From: an uncultured delta proteobacterium
GTDB lineage: Bacteria; Desulfobacterota; BSN033; UBA1163
Length of the DNA stretch: 64,000 bases
Reading direction: 5' to 3'
Assembly: GCA_963827685.1 (NCBI GenBank)
Contig: CAWHBU010000004.1
Location: 448,001 to 512,000 of the forward strand
Of this stretch, positions 40,134 through 49,259 are shown piece by piece. Every line of letters starts with the position of its first letter. The first letter of the stretch is position 1. The notes beneath the pieces are model-generated. The model saw nothing but the letters and a program-made list of their open reading frames with translations. It was not told the DNA's origin and searched no databases. The position numbers and the translations under genes are program-made.

Positions 40134-42299
40134 ATGCAAATCATCTTTGGTCTTCTCGAAAAAATCTCTTACCACAACGAAGAAAATGACTTTGTGGTGG
40201 CAAAACTCCGTGAAAAAGAAAAGAAGGAGCTGACCACCATTATCGGTAATCTTTCAGGTGTCAACCCCGGTGAATCCCTGAAACTGACAGGTAAATGGGT
40301 ACAGAATAAGAGATTCGGCGAACAATTCCAGGTCGAGAGCTTCGAGGTCACCGTACCGGCTACCCTCCATGGGATTCAGAAATATCTCACCTCCGGGTTG
40401 ATTCAAGGCATTGGCCCGATCATGTCAGAGAGGATTGTCGAAAAATTTGGGCTTCATACCCTGGAGGTGATCGAAAAGAAACCTGAAAGGCTGTCCGAGG
40501 TGGAAGGCATCGGTCCTAAACGGATCTCCATGATCAGAAAAGCCTGGGGGGAGCAGAAAGAGATCAAAGAGATCATGATCTTTCTGCAGGGCCATGGAGT
40601 AGGCGCTGCCTATTCTGCCAAAATCTACAAACAGTACGCGGATCAATCGATTGAGATGGTGAGAGAGAATCCCTATCGTTTAGCCCACGATATATACGGG
40701 ATTGGCTTCATTACTGCAGATAAGATCGCTCAAAATCTCGGTATCGATCGCAATTCCTTGATCCGGGCCAAGGCAGGTCTTCTCTATGTCTTGAATCAGT
40801 TGACCGAAGAAGGCCATGTCTACTATCCTGAGAGTCAATTGATTCATAAGGCAAGAGAGATACTCAATGTGGATGAAGAAATCATTATCCTGGCTGTAAG
40901 GGAGCTAACCAAAGAAAAGGAGCTCTTCTTAGAAGACCTTGATCCTGATGGTAATCTCAAAGCCGTCTATCTTACCCCCTTCTATGTGGCAGAGACGGGG
41001 GTGGCTCAGAGATTAATCAATCTGAAGGAATCTCCTTCAAACATCCGGCCCATCCATCCGGAAAAGGCGATCGAATGGGTGCAGCAGAAACTGAACATAG
41101 AACTAGCCCAAAGACAGGAGGAGGCCGTTCTTCTGGCAGCCACTTCAAAGGTGTTGATTATCACCGGTGGCCCCGGGACCGGGAAGACAACACTCATCAC
41201 GGCCATATTGAGAATCTTTCAGCAATTAAAGCTGAGGATCCTTCTCGCCGCTCCCACGGGAAGGGCAGCCAAGAGAATGAATGAGGCGACGGGCTGGGAG
41301 GCAAAGACCATTCATCGCCTCCTTGAGTACTCTCCCCATAAGGGTGATTTCAAGAAAGACCAGGACGATCCTCTTGAGGCGGATGTGGTCATCATCGATG
41401 AGGCCTCCATGGTCGACACCCTTTTGATGTACCATCTCCTGAAAGCCATTCCCTCCCATGCCCACCTGATCTTGGTAGGAGATGTCGATCAGCTCCCTTC
41501 GGTTGGTCCTGGAAATGTCCTGAAGGATATCATCAGATCAGGAAAGTTTACCGTGGTGAGGCTCTTCGAGATCTTTCGCCAGGCTCAGGAGAGCATGATC
41601 GTGGTCAATGCGCACAAAGTCAATCAAGGTGAGCTCCCCGTTTTAAAGGAAATCGACAAACCCGAGAAAACCGACTTTCAATTCATCCAGGAAGAGGATC
41701 CGGAGAAGATCCTTCAAAATATCCTGGACCTCTGTAGTGAGAGGATACCCAGGGATTTCAGGTTTCATCCACTCAGAGAGATCCAGGTCCTGACACCCAT
41801 GCACAAGGGAACAATTGGTGTAACCAATCTCAACATCGAGTTACAGAAGAGACTGAACCCCGGTCAGTCAGGCATCACCCGTGGAGCATGGAGCTTCAGA
41901 GTAGGGGACAAGGTGATGCAGATCGTTAACAATTATGATAAAGATGTCTTTAACGGGGATATCGGGTGGATCTCAGAAATCAATCCGGAGGAAAGAAAGG
42001 TGACCATCGAATTCGATGGGAGACTGGTCCCTTATGACTATTCTGATCTCGATGAAGTTGTCCTGGCCTATGCCGTATCCGTCCACAAGTCCCAGGGGAG
42101 CGAGTACCCGGTCGTGATTCTTCCGGTTGTCACCCAGCACTACATGCTTCTACAGAGAAACCTGATCTACACGGGAATCACCAGAGCGAAAAAACTGGTC
42201 ATCATGATCGGAACGAAGAAGGCCCTGGCCATTGCCATAAGGAATAACAAACCCCAACGAAGGTACACTCTTCTTTCGGAGAGGTTGGCAGCGTCATGA
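40134..42299 (+). CDS. recD2: RecD2-like ATP-dependent helicase
   Basis: HhH repeats 'GIGP', 'ENPYRL', Walker A 'GGPGTGKT', 'DEASM', 'VGDVDQLPSVG', 'HKSQGSEY'. Confidence 0.95.
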   Translation: MQIIFGLLEKISYHNEENDFVVAKLREKEKKELTTIIGNLSGVNPGESLKLTGKWVQNKRFGEQFQVESFEVTVPATLHGIQKYLTSGLIQGIGPIMSERIVEKFGLHTLEVIEKKPERLSEVEGIGPKRISMIRKAWGEQKEIKEIMIFLQGHGVGAAYSAKIYKQYADQSIEMVRENPYRLAHDIYGIGFITADKIAQNLGIDRNSLIRAKAGLLYVLNQLTEEGHVYYPESQLIHKAREILNVDEEIIILAVRELTKEKELFLEDLDPDGNLKAVYLTPFYVAETGVAQRLINLKESPSNIRPIHPEKAIEWVQQKLNIELAQRQEEAVLLAATSKVLIITGGPGTGKTTLITAILRIFQQLKLRILLAAPTGRAAKRMNEATGWEAKTIHRLLEYSPHKGDFKKDQDDPLEADVVIIDEASMVDTLLMYHLLKAIPSHAHLILVGDVDQLPSVGPGNVLKDIIRSGKFTVVRLFEIFRQAQESMIVVNAHKVNQGELPVLKEIDKPEKTDFQFIQEEDPEKILQNILDLCSERIPRDFRFHPLREIQVLTPMHKGTIGVTNLNIELQKRLNPGQSGITRGAWSFRVGDKVMQIVNNYDKDVFNGDIGWISEINPEERKVTIEFDGRLVPYDYSDLDEVVLAYAVSVHKSQGSEYPVVILPVVTQHYMLLQRNLIYTGITRAKKLVIMIGTKKALAIAIRNNKPQRRYTLLSERLAAS

Positions 42300-43204
42300 G
42301 TGAGCTGAAGAACGAATTCTCCTGGTCGAAAACGAGGGATGAGGTCTTTAAAACCTGTCCCCGGCAATATTGGTTTGCCTATTATGGCTACTGGAACGGA
42401 TGGCTTGAGAACGCCCCGGAGAGAACCCGGCAGATTTACGTTCTGAAGAACCTCAAGAACAGGCAGATGTGGGCAGGAGAAAAAGTCCATGAGTGCATTC
42501 AAAGATCTCTCTACAACATCCGAAGGGGTATTAAGGTGCTTCCGGTAGATGAAATTGTCTCCATCACACTCGACCAGATGAGAGCCGAGTTTCGTTCTTC
42601 AAAGTCGAAGAACTACTGGAAGAATCCTAAATCGTGTGGCCTGCTTGAACATGAATATGAAGTGGAAGTGAGTGATGAGGAATGGAAAGACGCGGCGGGT
42701 AATGTGGAGACTTGCCTGAGAAATTTTTATGCCTCGGATATTTATGATGGCTTAAAGTCCCATCTAAAAGATGGGTGGCTTGAAGTAGAAGAATTCTCAT
42801 CCTCTTATCTGGATGGCATAAAAATCAATTTAGTCATCGACTGCGCCATAAAAGAAGGGGAGGGTGTCTATCTGTACGACTGGAAGACAGGAAAGAGCCT
42901 TTCAGAAGACCTCTCCATCCAATTAGGCTGTTATGCTCTTTATGCTATGGAGAAATGGAATGCTCCTCCTGAATCGCTGAGCATCATTGAATATAACCTC
43001 TCTTTTGACAAGTCCAACTGGTTTTCAGTGAGTCAGGAAGAGATGAAAGGCATCAAGGGTTACATCAACGGAAGCATCAAAGATATGCAGTCCCTTCTCA
43101 TTGATGTCTCGAATAACATCCCCATGGAAGAAGATCGGTTTAGTAAGATAGAGGATGAACACATCATCTCCAGATGTAATTATAAAAAAGTCTGCAGAAA
43201 ATAA
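42296..43204 (+). CDS. PD-(D/E)xK nuclease (RecB/Cas4-like), translationally coupled to recD2
   Basis: 'FSWS...CPRQY', 'VIDC', 'YDWKTG', 'QLGCY', C-terminal Cys. Confidence 0.85.
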   Translation: MSELKNEFSWSKTRDEVFKTCPRQYWFAYYGYWNGWLENAPERTRQIYVLKNLKNRQMWAGEKVHECIQRSLYNIRRGIKVLPVDEIVSITLDQMRAEFRSSKSKNYWKNPKSCGLLEHEYEVEVSDEEWKDAAGNVETCLRNFYASDIYDGLKSHLKDGWLEVEEFSSSYLDGIKINLVIDCAIKEGEGVYLYDWKTGKSLSEDLSIQLGCYALYAMEKWNAPPESLSIIEYNLSFDKSNWFSVSQEEMKGIKGYINGSIKDMQSLLIDVSNNIPMEEDRFSKIEDEHIISRCNYKKVCRK

Positions 43205-43358
43205 AAACAACAGACCCTTCACGAATCACGATTATAAGGGGCTCCTGAACAATAACTATTTCGTCAAAGATCAAGGGCTGACCCCATTCCTCTCCTAAAT
43301 AAATTTGATTTTCTGGTTTCTTTTTGGTACATTGGGTTATCCTTTATTATAAGAGGGT

Positions 43359-43574
43359 GTGAAAATGGCTAAAGAATTTACAGTGATCATAGAACAGGAT
43401 GAAGAAGGATACTATATTGCGGAAGTTCCTGAGCTTAAGGGATGCCACACGCAGGCCAAGTCTCTGGACACATTAATGGAAAGGATTAAGGAGGCCATCC
43501 AGCTCTGTTTAGAAGTGTATGGGAAGAAGTATCCGATTACCCATCTTGTTGGTGTCCAGAAAATTGCTTTATGA
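43359..43574 (+). CDS. hicB: HicB-family antitoxin
   Basis: 'VIIEQDEEGYYIAEVPELKGCHTQAKS...IKEAI'. Confidence 0.9.
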   Translation: MKMAKEFTVIIEQDEEGYYIAEVPELKGCHTQAKSLDTLMERIKEAIQLCLEVYGKKYPITHLVGVQKIAL

Positions 43575-43630
43575 GCAAGTTGCCATCTTTAACAGGAAAA
43601 GAGGTTGTCTCTTTGCTTAAAAAGAGGTGA
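43571..43630 (+). pseudogene. Truncated HicA toxin (19 codons)
   Basis: MSKLPSLTGKEVVSLLKKR*, a HicA-like N-terminus overlapping the hicB stop; no GSH motif follows. Confidence 0.7.
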
Positions 43631-43839
43631 AGAGGATTTATCATATGATTCAAAACAGAGCCTATTCTTAAGAAGAATGGGCTCTTTGTTTTTCGCCGCA
43701 GGACGATGACCCACCTGTCGCCCTTCTTCATTGTCCCGTAATCCGGGGAGTAGGAGGATACCCTCAGATCTCAGCTATTTGATTTATTCTCCTTAACGCC
43801 GTGTCTCCCCATCCCTCCATCACCCTATCTTTTTTGCTC

Positions 43840-44060
43840 TATATTTCCTTATCTCCCTAATTCCTTATTTTGCTTTTTAGATTCCGCATTCCGCAATCCC
43901 CATTTGGCACTCCTTATTTCCCTTATTTCCCTTACTTCCCTTATCTCCCCAACCCCGAGTTTCCTCATCATCTTCTTATTTTTAAATTAGCTTTTTCCAT
44001 TCCACAATCCGCACTCCGCAATCCGAAATTTAAGATGTCTCCGTGTCTCTTTTATTCCCT
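43840..44060. repeat. Low-complexity tandem tracts (9-mer TTCCCTTAT and 7-mer AATCCGC)
   Basis: Repeated TTTCCCTTA units at ~43910-43950 and ATTCCGC/AATCCGC units at ~43881 and ~44000. Confidence 0.65.
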
Positions 44061-44146
44061 TGTCCGTTTCACAAATTCACAAGGTTTAGGATATTTTTGG
44101 CCAATTCTTGACCAGTTTAATTTTCCTGCCGATAAAAAACCTTTTA

Positions 44147-44188
44147 AATCAAAAAGTTATAAACAAACACCTCTGGCACAAAAAATGC
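44147..44188 (+). promoter_or_regulatory. IHF site plus sigma54-like promoter upstream of the methylase-HerA-NurA operon
   Basis: AATCAA-AAAG-TTA (WATCAANNNNTTR) at 44147-44159; TGGCAC-N5-ATGC at 44174-44188. Confidence 0.55.
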
Positions 44189-44357
44189 TTATTGATTATT
44201 ATTGTCCTGTTTTTTGATATGGTGGACCCAATTGGAGCAACATGGGTTCTTATTCATGTCCCTTTGCCATTTTAAGCGTAGTTTTAAAAAGAATGGGTTC
44301 TTGTCTTGTTAATGTTATGAAAACAATGAACCAACATAAAAATAAGTTGGTGGGCTG

Positions 44358-45185
44358 ATGAATCAAGCAAAGAATATTTTCCTGAGATACCCCGGGGGTA
44401 AAGGGCGAATGCTTAATTTCCTGATCCCTCGGCTCATTTCAGCAACCAAGAGTACATATCGCCTCGTTGAACCATTTGCGGGAGGGTGTGCTGTTTTCTT
44501 TGGGCTGAATCCCGAACGAGCACTCCTGTCAGATATTAATCCAGAACTTATCGATTTATATCGTGGCATTCGTCGTTATCCAATCGAAGTCTGGAAAATT
44601 TTCAGCAGCTTCCCATCAAGTAAACGCGCCTATTACAGGATTCGTAACTGGAAGCAGGAAAATCTTGATTTGCCAACTCGTGCTGCAAGGACGCTTTATC
44701 TAAACAGGACCTGTTTTAAGGGAATGTGGCGGCATAATGCAGATGGAGAATTCAATGTTGGCTATGGAGGACAGCAAAGGAGGTGGGTAATTAGTAAGGA
44801 AACGTTGCTTTCTGTTTCAAAAAGGCTAAGAAATGCTTCTATTAAATGCAACGACTTTGAAGAAGTTATTGATGCCTGTAGACAAGATGATTTCATTTTT
44901 GTTGATCCACCTTACTGTCCAGGGGAGCGCGATATGGTTCATGACCATTTCAGGTTTGGTAAATTCACTCTTAATGACCATAAACGGTTGGCAATAACGT
45001 TGAGAAAAGCATCGGCAAGGCGTATTCGTTGGGCCCTTACAACCTCAGACCATCCTGACATAGTTTCTCTTTTCCACGGGTATAATATTTTGGCTATTCC
45101 AAGAGGGACTGGTAGGACAATTGGCGCGTTAACAAACGATTCAGGTGAGGTTCTTATTCGTAATTACAAGGGGGTATCCCAATGA
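44358..45185 (+). CDS. Dam/D12-class N6-adenine DNA methyltransferase
   Basis: 'RYPGGK', 'EPFAGG', 'SDINPELI', 'YLNRTCFKG', 'FVDPPY'. Confidence 0.92.
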   Translation: MNQAKNIFLRYPGGKGRMLNFLIPRLISATKSTYRLVEPFAGGCAVFFGLNPERALLSDINPELIDLYRGIRRYPIEVWKIFSSFPSSKRAYYRIRNWKQENLDLPTRAARTLYLNRTCFKGMWRHNADGEFNVGYGGQQRRWVISKETLLSVSKRLRNASIKCNDFEEVIDACRQDDFIFVDPPYCPGERDMVHDHFRFGKFTLNDHKRLAITLRKASARRIRWALTTSDHPDIVSLFHGYNILAIPRGTGRTIGALTNDSGEVLIRNYKGVSQ

Positions 45186-47140
45186 AAGATTTTTTCGAAA
45201 AAGCTGCAATGCAAAACCATCCGCTAAGGGTTTTACAAACATTTCTTGAGTTCGAGGGAGCTAGCGAAAAAGCAAAGAAATATGATGATATGCGCTTCGT
45301 AGGGTATGTACTTGATATTGGATACGATACGGTTACGATCATTACTTCCGATCCATTCAAGGTAGCGGTCGGCGGGGTGCCTCGGAACTCACTGCTCATA
45401 ATGGTTCCGGTGAATTCCGACACATTACCTCCACATTTTACATTATTAAGAGTATTAGAAGCGGCTCCAACCCCTTTATCTAAAGAAGTTCAACAGACCT
45501 ACTTTGAATTACAGAAAAAGTCTATGCCAGAGCTTGATGTTTTCATACAGAGCGAACTGCAATGGGGAGCTCTCAAGACTGGTGTTCTTGGGATGTTTTA
45601 TCCGCACCCAGAGGAAATAGATCATATTGAGTTTTCTGGTGATCTAAACAATTTTGTTAGCGCCCACAAATATCGAGTTTACGCCCCTGATGACTCTTTG
45701 TTGAAACTGATTACGAACTCGATGGTCCCGAGCGAAAATCGCTTTGCCATCGGAAACCTAAGGTTAACTGAATGCAGGCTTCCTTTGCCAAATAAGCCTC
45801 GACCTCAGGTTGAAGTCTTTGTTTCAACAAAGGACTTTATGGGTGCGAGAACAGCGATGTTTGGCAAAACACGGCTTGGCAAAAGTAATGTTGTCAAACT
45901 TATTGCACAGAGCTTGATCGAGACGACTGCAAAGAGTAAGAATGTTGGTCAAATCATATTTGACATCAACGGCGAATATGCTAATGACAATCCTCAAGAT
46001 AATAGCCGCTCTCTTGCAAGTGGATATTCAGATCGTTGTGTCGTATATGCACTGACTAAAAAAGAGAAGACAGAATCAAAACCATTACGTCTGGATTTTT
46101 ATGAACACCCTGAGAGTTCTCATAAGATAATTGCCACATTGTTAAAGGAAGCAGGCAAAGACGTTTCTAACTATATTACTAGCTTCCTTTCTGTAGATAT
46201 TCCGTCGATTGAATTGCTCAAGGAATTGCCGCCGAATGAAGAAAAAAGATCTAGAAGAAAAATACTGATGTATTGGTCCATTCTATTCAGAGCGGGATAC
46301 GTAGCTGATATAGGAAAGCTCAGGAAGTCGATAAGGTTTGATCCCCAAATTAATGAGGCTTCCAGAAAAATAATCTACGGCGTGAGTGATATAAGCCAAT
46401 GCCCTGTGATCAATTCATTGGATGCTCTAGCAACTGAGTTTGAAAAATGCGCAGAAGCAGATCGGAAATCAAAATTGAAATCATCTACGGGCAAAGACCT
46501 TTTCGATGCGGATGACCTCGCTATCCTCGGATTCCTTAAACCTGTTTCAACAGCGAGTACTGGGCCAGGCATTATTCAAGGTTTCCGGAAGTACCATGAT
46601 TCTAAAGCGGGGGACTTTGTGGACGAGATCATCAAGCTTTTAGGTGGTGGACAAACGGTTATACTTGACCTTGGGAATGCACCACCAGAAGTAATGGAAT
46701 ACTTTTCAGTTTATCTTTCGAGAGCCATATTTCACCAGCAAGTCGAAAAATTCTCGAACAACGAACTAGGTAATCATTTCGTTCAACTTTACTTCGAAGA
46801 AGCACATAACTTGTTCCCTGCTAGTGGGCAAGGCGAGGTAGATATCTATCGCCGCATCGCAAAAGAAGGCGCAAAGTATCATATTGGGATGGTTTACTCA
46901 ACCCAGTCTATAACGACCATTAACAAAGACCTGCTTGCCCAGACAGAGAATTTTTTTATTGCCCATCTTTCATCTCAAGATGAGGTAAACGCACTTGCTA
47001 AAGTCAATGTTGCCTACGAAAGCTTAAAAGATGACATTCTTCAGGCAAAAACTGTGGGCTACATAAGGATGCTTACACGCTCTCATCGATTTGTTGTGTC
47101 GGTACAAGCGAGGAAATTTATTCCACCTGGCGCTGCATAA
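45182..47140 (+). CDS. HerA/FtsK-superfamily ATPase (HAS barrel + DUF87-like)
   Basis: Walker A 'FGKTRLGKS', 'IFDINGEY', Walker B 'LYFEEAHNL', 'AKEGAKY', 'YSTQ'. Confidence 0.88.
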   Translation: MKDFFEKAAMQNHPLRVLQTFLEFEGASEKAKKYDDMRFVGYVLDIGYDTVTIITSDPFKVAVGGVPRNSLLIMVPVNSDTLPPHFTLLRVLEAAPTPLSKEVQQTYFELQKKSMPELDVFIQSELQWGALKTGVLGMFYPHPEEIDHIEFSGDLNNFVSAHKYRVYAPDDSLLKLITNSMVPSENRFAIGNLRLTECRLPLPNKPRPQVEVFVSTKDFMGARTAMFGKTRLGKSNVVKLIAQSLIETTAKSKNVGQIIFDINGEYANDNPQDNSRSLASGYSDRCVVYALTKKEKTESKPLRLDFYEHPESSHKIIATLLKEAGKDVSNYITSFLSVDIPSIELLKELPPNEEKRSRRKILMYWSILFRAGYVADIGKLRKSIRFDPQINEASRKIIYGVSDISQCPVINSLDALATEFEKCAEADRKSKLKSSTGKDLFDADDLAILGFLKPVSTASTGPGIIQGFRKYHDSKAGDFVDEIIKLLGGGQTVILDLGNAPPEVMEYFSVYLSRAIFHQQVEKFSNNELGNHFVQLYFEEAHNLFPASGQGEVDIYRRIAKEGAKYHIGMVYSTQSITTINKDLLAQTENFFIAHLSSQDEVNALAKVNVAYESLKDDILQAKTVGYIRMLTRSHRFVVSVQARKFIPPGAA

Positions 47141-47153
47141 GGAGGAATCTGAA

Positions 47154-48467
47154 GTGCCTTACAAGGCCGGAGACCGATTACCGGCAGAACATGCGAGCCG
47201 CTTAGGGCACCTTGACGTGCTCAAAAGTGAGTTGGTGAAAAAACTTTGTGCAAGTTTTGAGGATTCTGGCCCACCCACTATACCCCCTCAGAGTTTTTGG
47301 GAAGCCATCCCGTCGATAGGACAACCCTTACCTCTGGTATTTGGCGTTGACGGTTCCATGCAGGTTATCGAATCGGAGAGTCCCCCGTATAAAGCACTGG
47401 TGTTCATTAAAACTTCGCTTCTAAGGGTTGATCAGGTGGCCCTTTCCTTAATCGATGAGGAATCACCTCATCCGTTTGCTTTGCGAGACATATTGGCCAA
47501 TTCTGCTTTGTATCACGCCACAGTATTGCCATTAAGGCATGTCAGTATTCCAGGAATGTCTTTATACGATGCGGTTCGCCAGATAATATACGAGTCGGTA
47601 AAAGATGCTTCCTTGAATGGTGAACCCCTAGAAACGCTGAAGTGGATTGCTTACGAAAAGTGGGATGGTAAGAAGAAAAGTCTTCCACCATTTGAGTGCC
47701 CTCACTGTGAAGGGAAAGATGCTGCAACCTTACCCTACGATTCCGATGAAGGGAACTGCCCGACTTGTAACGGAAAGTTGTTTCTTACGGACATGCTGGG
47801 CTTTCATCAAGAGATGGCCCCAGATTCCGCCCCCGATGTTGTCGCAACGGCATACATGAGTATCCATGAAACATTATTGTTGTTTACAGGGATTAGATAC
47901 TTCTGGAATAGAAACAAGGAATTACTTAAAAACTGTCTGTTTGTGAAAGATGGACCTCTCTCAATTCGAGCACAATATTCAAAACTCGTGAATCCAATAA
48001 GAAGATTCTTAGCTTTTTCAAGAGATCATGGGTATCCAGTACACCTCGTTGGGCAAGAGAAAACCGGCGCATTTGCTGACCATTTGCAACTTATCGGGAA
48101 GAACGCGCCTGCCGAATCGCTATTTATTCCCAATAATAAGTATATTAAAGAATATATTCAGCATAGGCCAGACAGAGGAGACCCCTACGGAAAATATACA
48201 AATTACGGGGCTAAGGTTTTCGTCAGAATTAGTGACTATCATCAAACCGTATTAAACGTTCCTACTGGAGAGTACATTGAAAACCCCATACTTTCCAATC
48301 TCATCGGCGCGGGAAGAATCTTTTCCACAATACCGAAGATTTTGAGTAGCCGATTTGAAGGCGGCCTTTTACCCGTTGAACTGGCTCACGGCGTGGCGTC
48401 ATTATCAACTTACCCTTCAGCACAGATTCTCAAAATATTTTCAGAGGCGAAAACAATTAATCCCTAA
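47154..48467 (+). CDS. NurA-family (RNase H fold) nuclease with inserted Zn finger
   Basis: 'FGVDGS', 'FVKDGPL', 'GQEKTG', 'PVELAH'; CPHC...CPTC; GTG start after AAGGAGGA. Confidence 0.82.
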   Translation: MPYKAGDRLPAEHASRLGHLDVLKSELVKKLCASFEDSGPPTIPPQSFWEAIPSIGQPLPLVFGVDGSMQVIESESPPYKALVFIKTSLLRVDQVALSLIDEESPHPFALRDILANSALYHATVLPLRHVSIPGMSLYDAVRQIIYESVKDASLNGEPLETLKWIAYEKWDGKKKSLPPFECPHCEGKDAATLPYDSDEGNCPTCNGKLFLTDMLGFHQEMAPDSAPDVVATAYMSIHETLLLFTGIRYFWNRNKELLKNCLFVKDGPLSIRAQYSKLVNPIRRFLAFSRDHGYPVHLVGQEKTGAFADHLQLIGKNAPAESLFIPNNKYIKEYIQHRPDRGDPYGKYTNYGAKVFVRISDYHQTVLNVPTGEYIENPILSNLIGAGRIFSTIPKILSSRFEGGLLPVELAHGVASLSTYPSAQILKIFSEAKTINP

Positions 48468-48689
48468 ATAGGCAATTATCGAAATATCAACAGACTGGAG
48501 TTACGCATTTAAGCACCTGGAAAGAAATAATTGGAGACGGGTTCCAATTTTATTGCTATCCACCCTCGACAAAGCCTTCAAAGGAGAATTGTAATTAGAA
48601 ATCATCGTCAACATTTAGAAATCGGAGAGACTTCCCAAATTTCATGCTTAGCCGAGGTGTGATGGGCCTGTTTAATTTGGAGGAATGTT

Positions 48690-49259
48690 ATGCATGGAAA
48701 AAATCAAAATATCGAGCAAGACCAAAATGAGAACAATAAAGACAAAGGATATAGAAACATTAAAGAAACCAAAGTCATGCTGGAGGAATGGCAGACAGTG
48801 GTAGAAACTCAAATTCATTTCAACGAGATGATTATGCGTGCAAGAACGACAGGAGTGAGTGTTGTTATGGCTGTATATGGAGCTGCAGCCCTTGCTTATG
48901 GGCAATATCCATATAGGTTTTACAACGCCTTTGGGACTGAATTTCATGTTAGCACAGCAATAATTTTCTTTGGACTTTTGCTGCTCATAAGTATTTTTCT
49001 CATCGATTATTGCTACTACTACCGTCTATTAATAGGGGCGGTAGAACGGGGGGAGGAAATAGACAAAGCCTATCGTGATCGGATTATAGATGGAACGAAA
49101 CTTTTTGGTTTGACAACTGCAATATCAAACAGAGTAAGCCGAAATCGCGCAAGGATTTGCCTTTTTTTCTTTTATGGGACCCCGCTCTTTGTTGGTATAG
49201 TTTCCCTAACTTATCTGTCGTGTTTTTACCGTCCTTATTCATTTGGATTTCGCATTTGA
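48690..49259 (+). CDS. Hypothetical membrane protein with about 3 TM helices
   Basis: Good RBS (GGAGG); three hydrophobic segments. Confidence 0.75.
   Translation: MHGKNQNIEQDQNENNKDKGYRNIKETKVMLEEWQTVVETQIHFNEMIMRARTTGVSVVMAVYGAAALAYGQYPYRFYNAFGTEFHVSTAIIFFGLLLLISIFLIDYCYYYRLLIGAVERGEEIDKAYRDRIIDGTKLFGLTTAISNRVSRNRARICLFFFYGTPLFVGIVSLTYLSCFYRPYSFGFRI

Noticed and set aside
42296-43204. Cas4 as part of a CRISPR locus
   Set aside because: No cas1/cas2 or array; coupled to recD2, so called a generic PD-(D/E)xK nuclease
43870-44217. 115-aa ORF with PYFPYF repeats
   Set aside because: Translation of low-complexity tandem repeats
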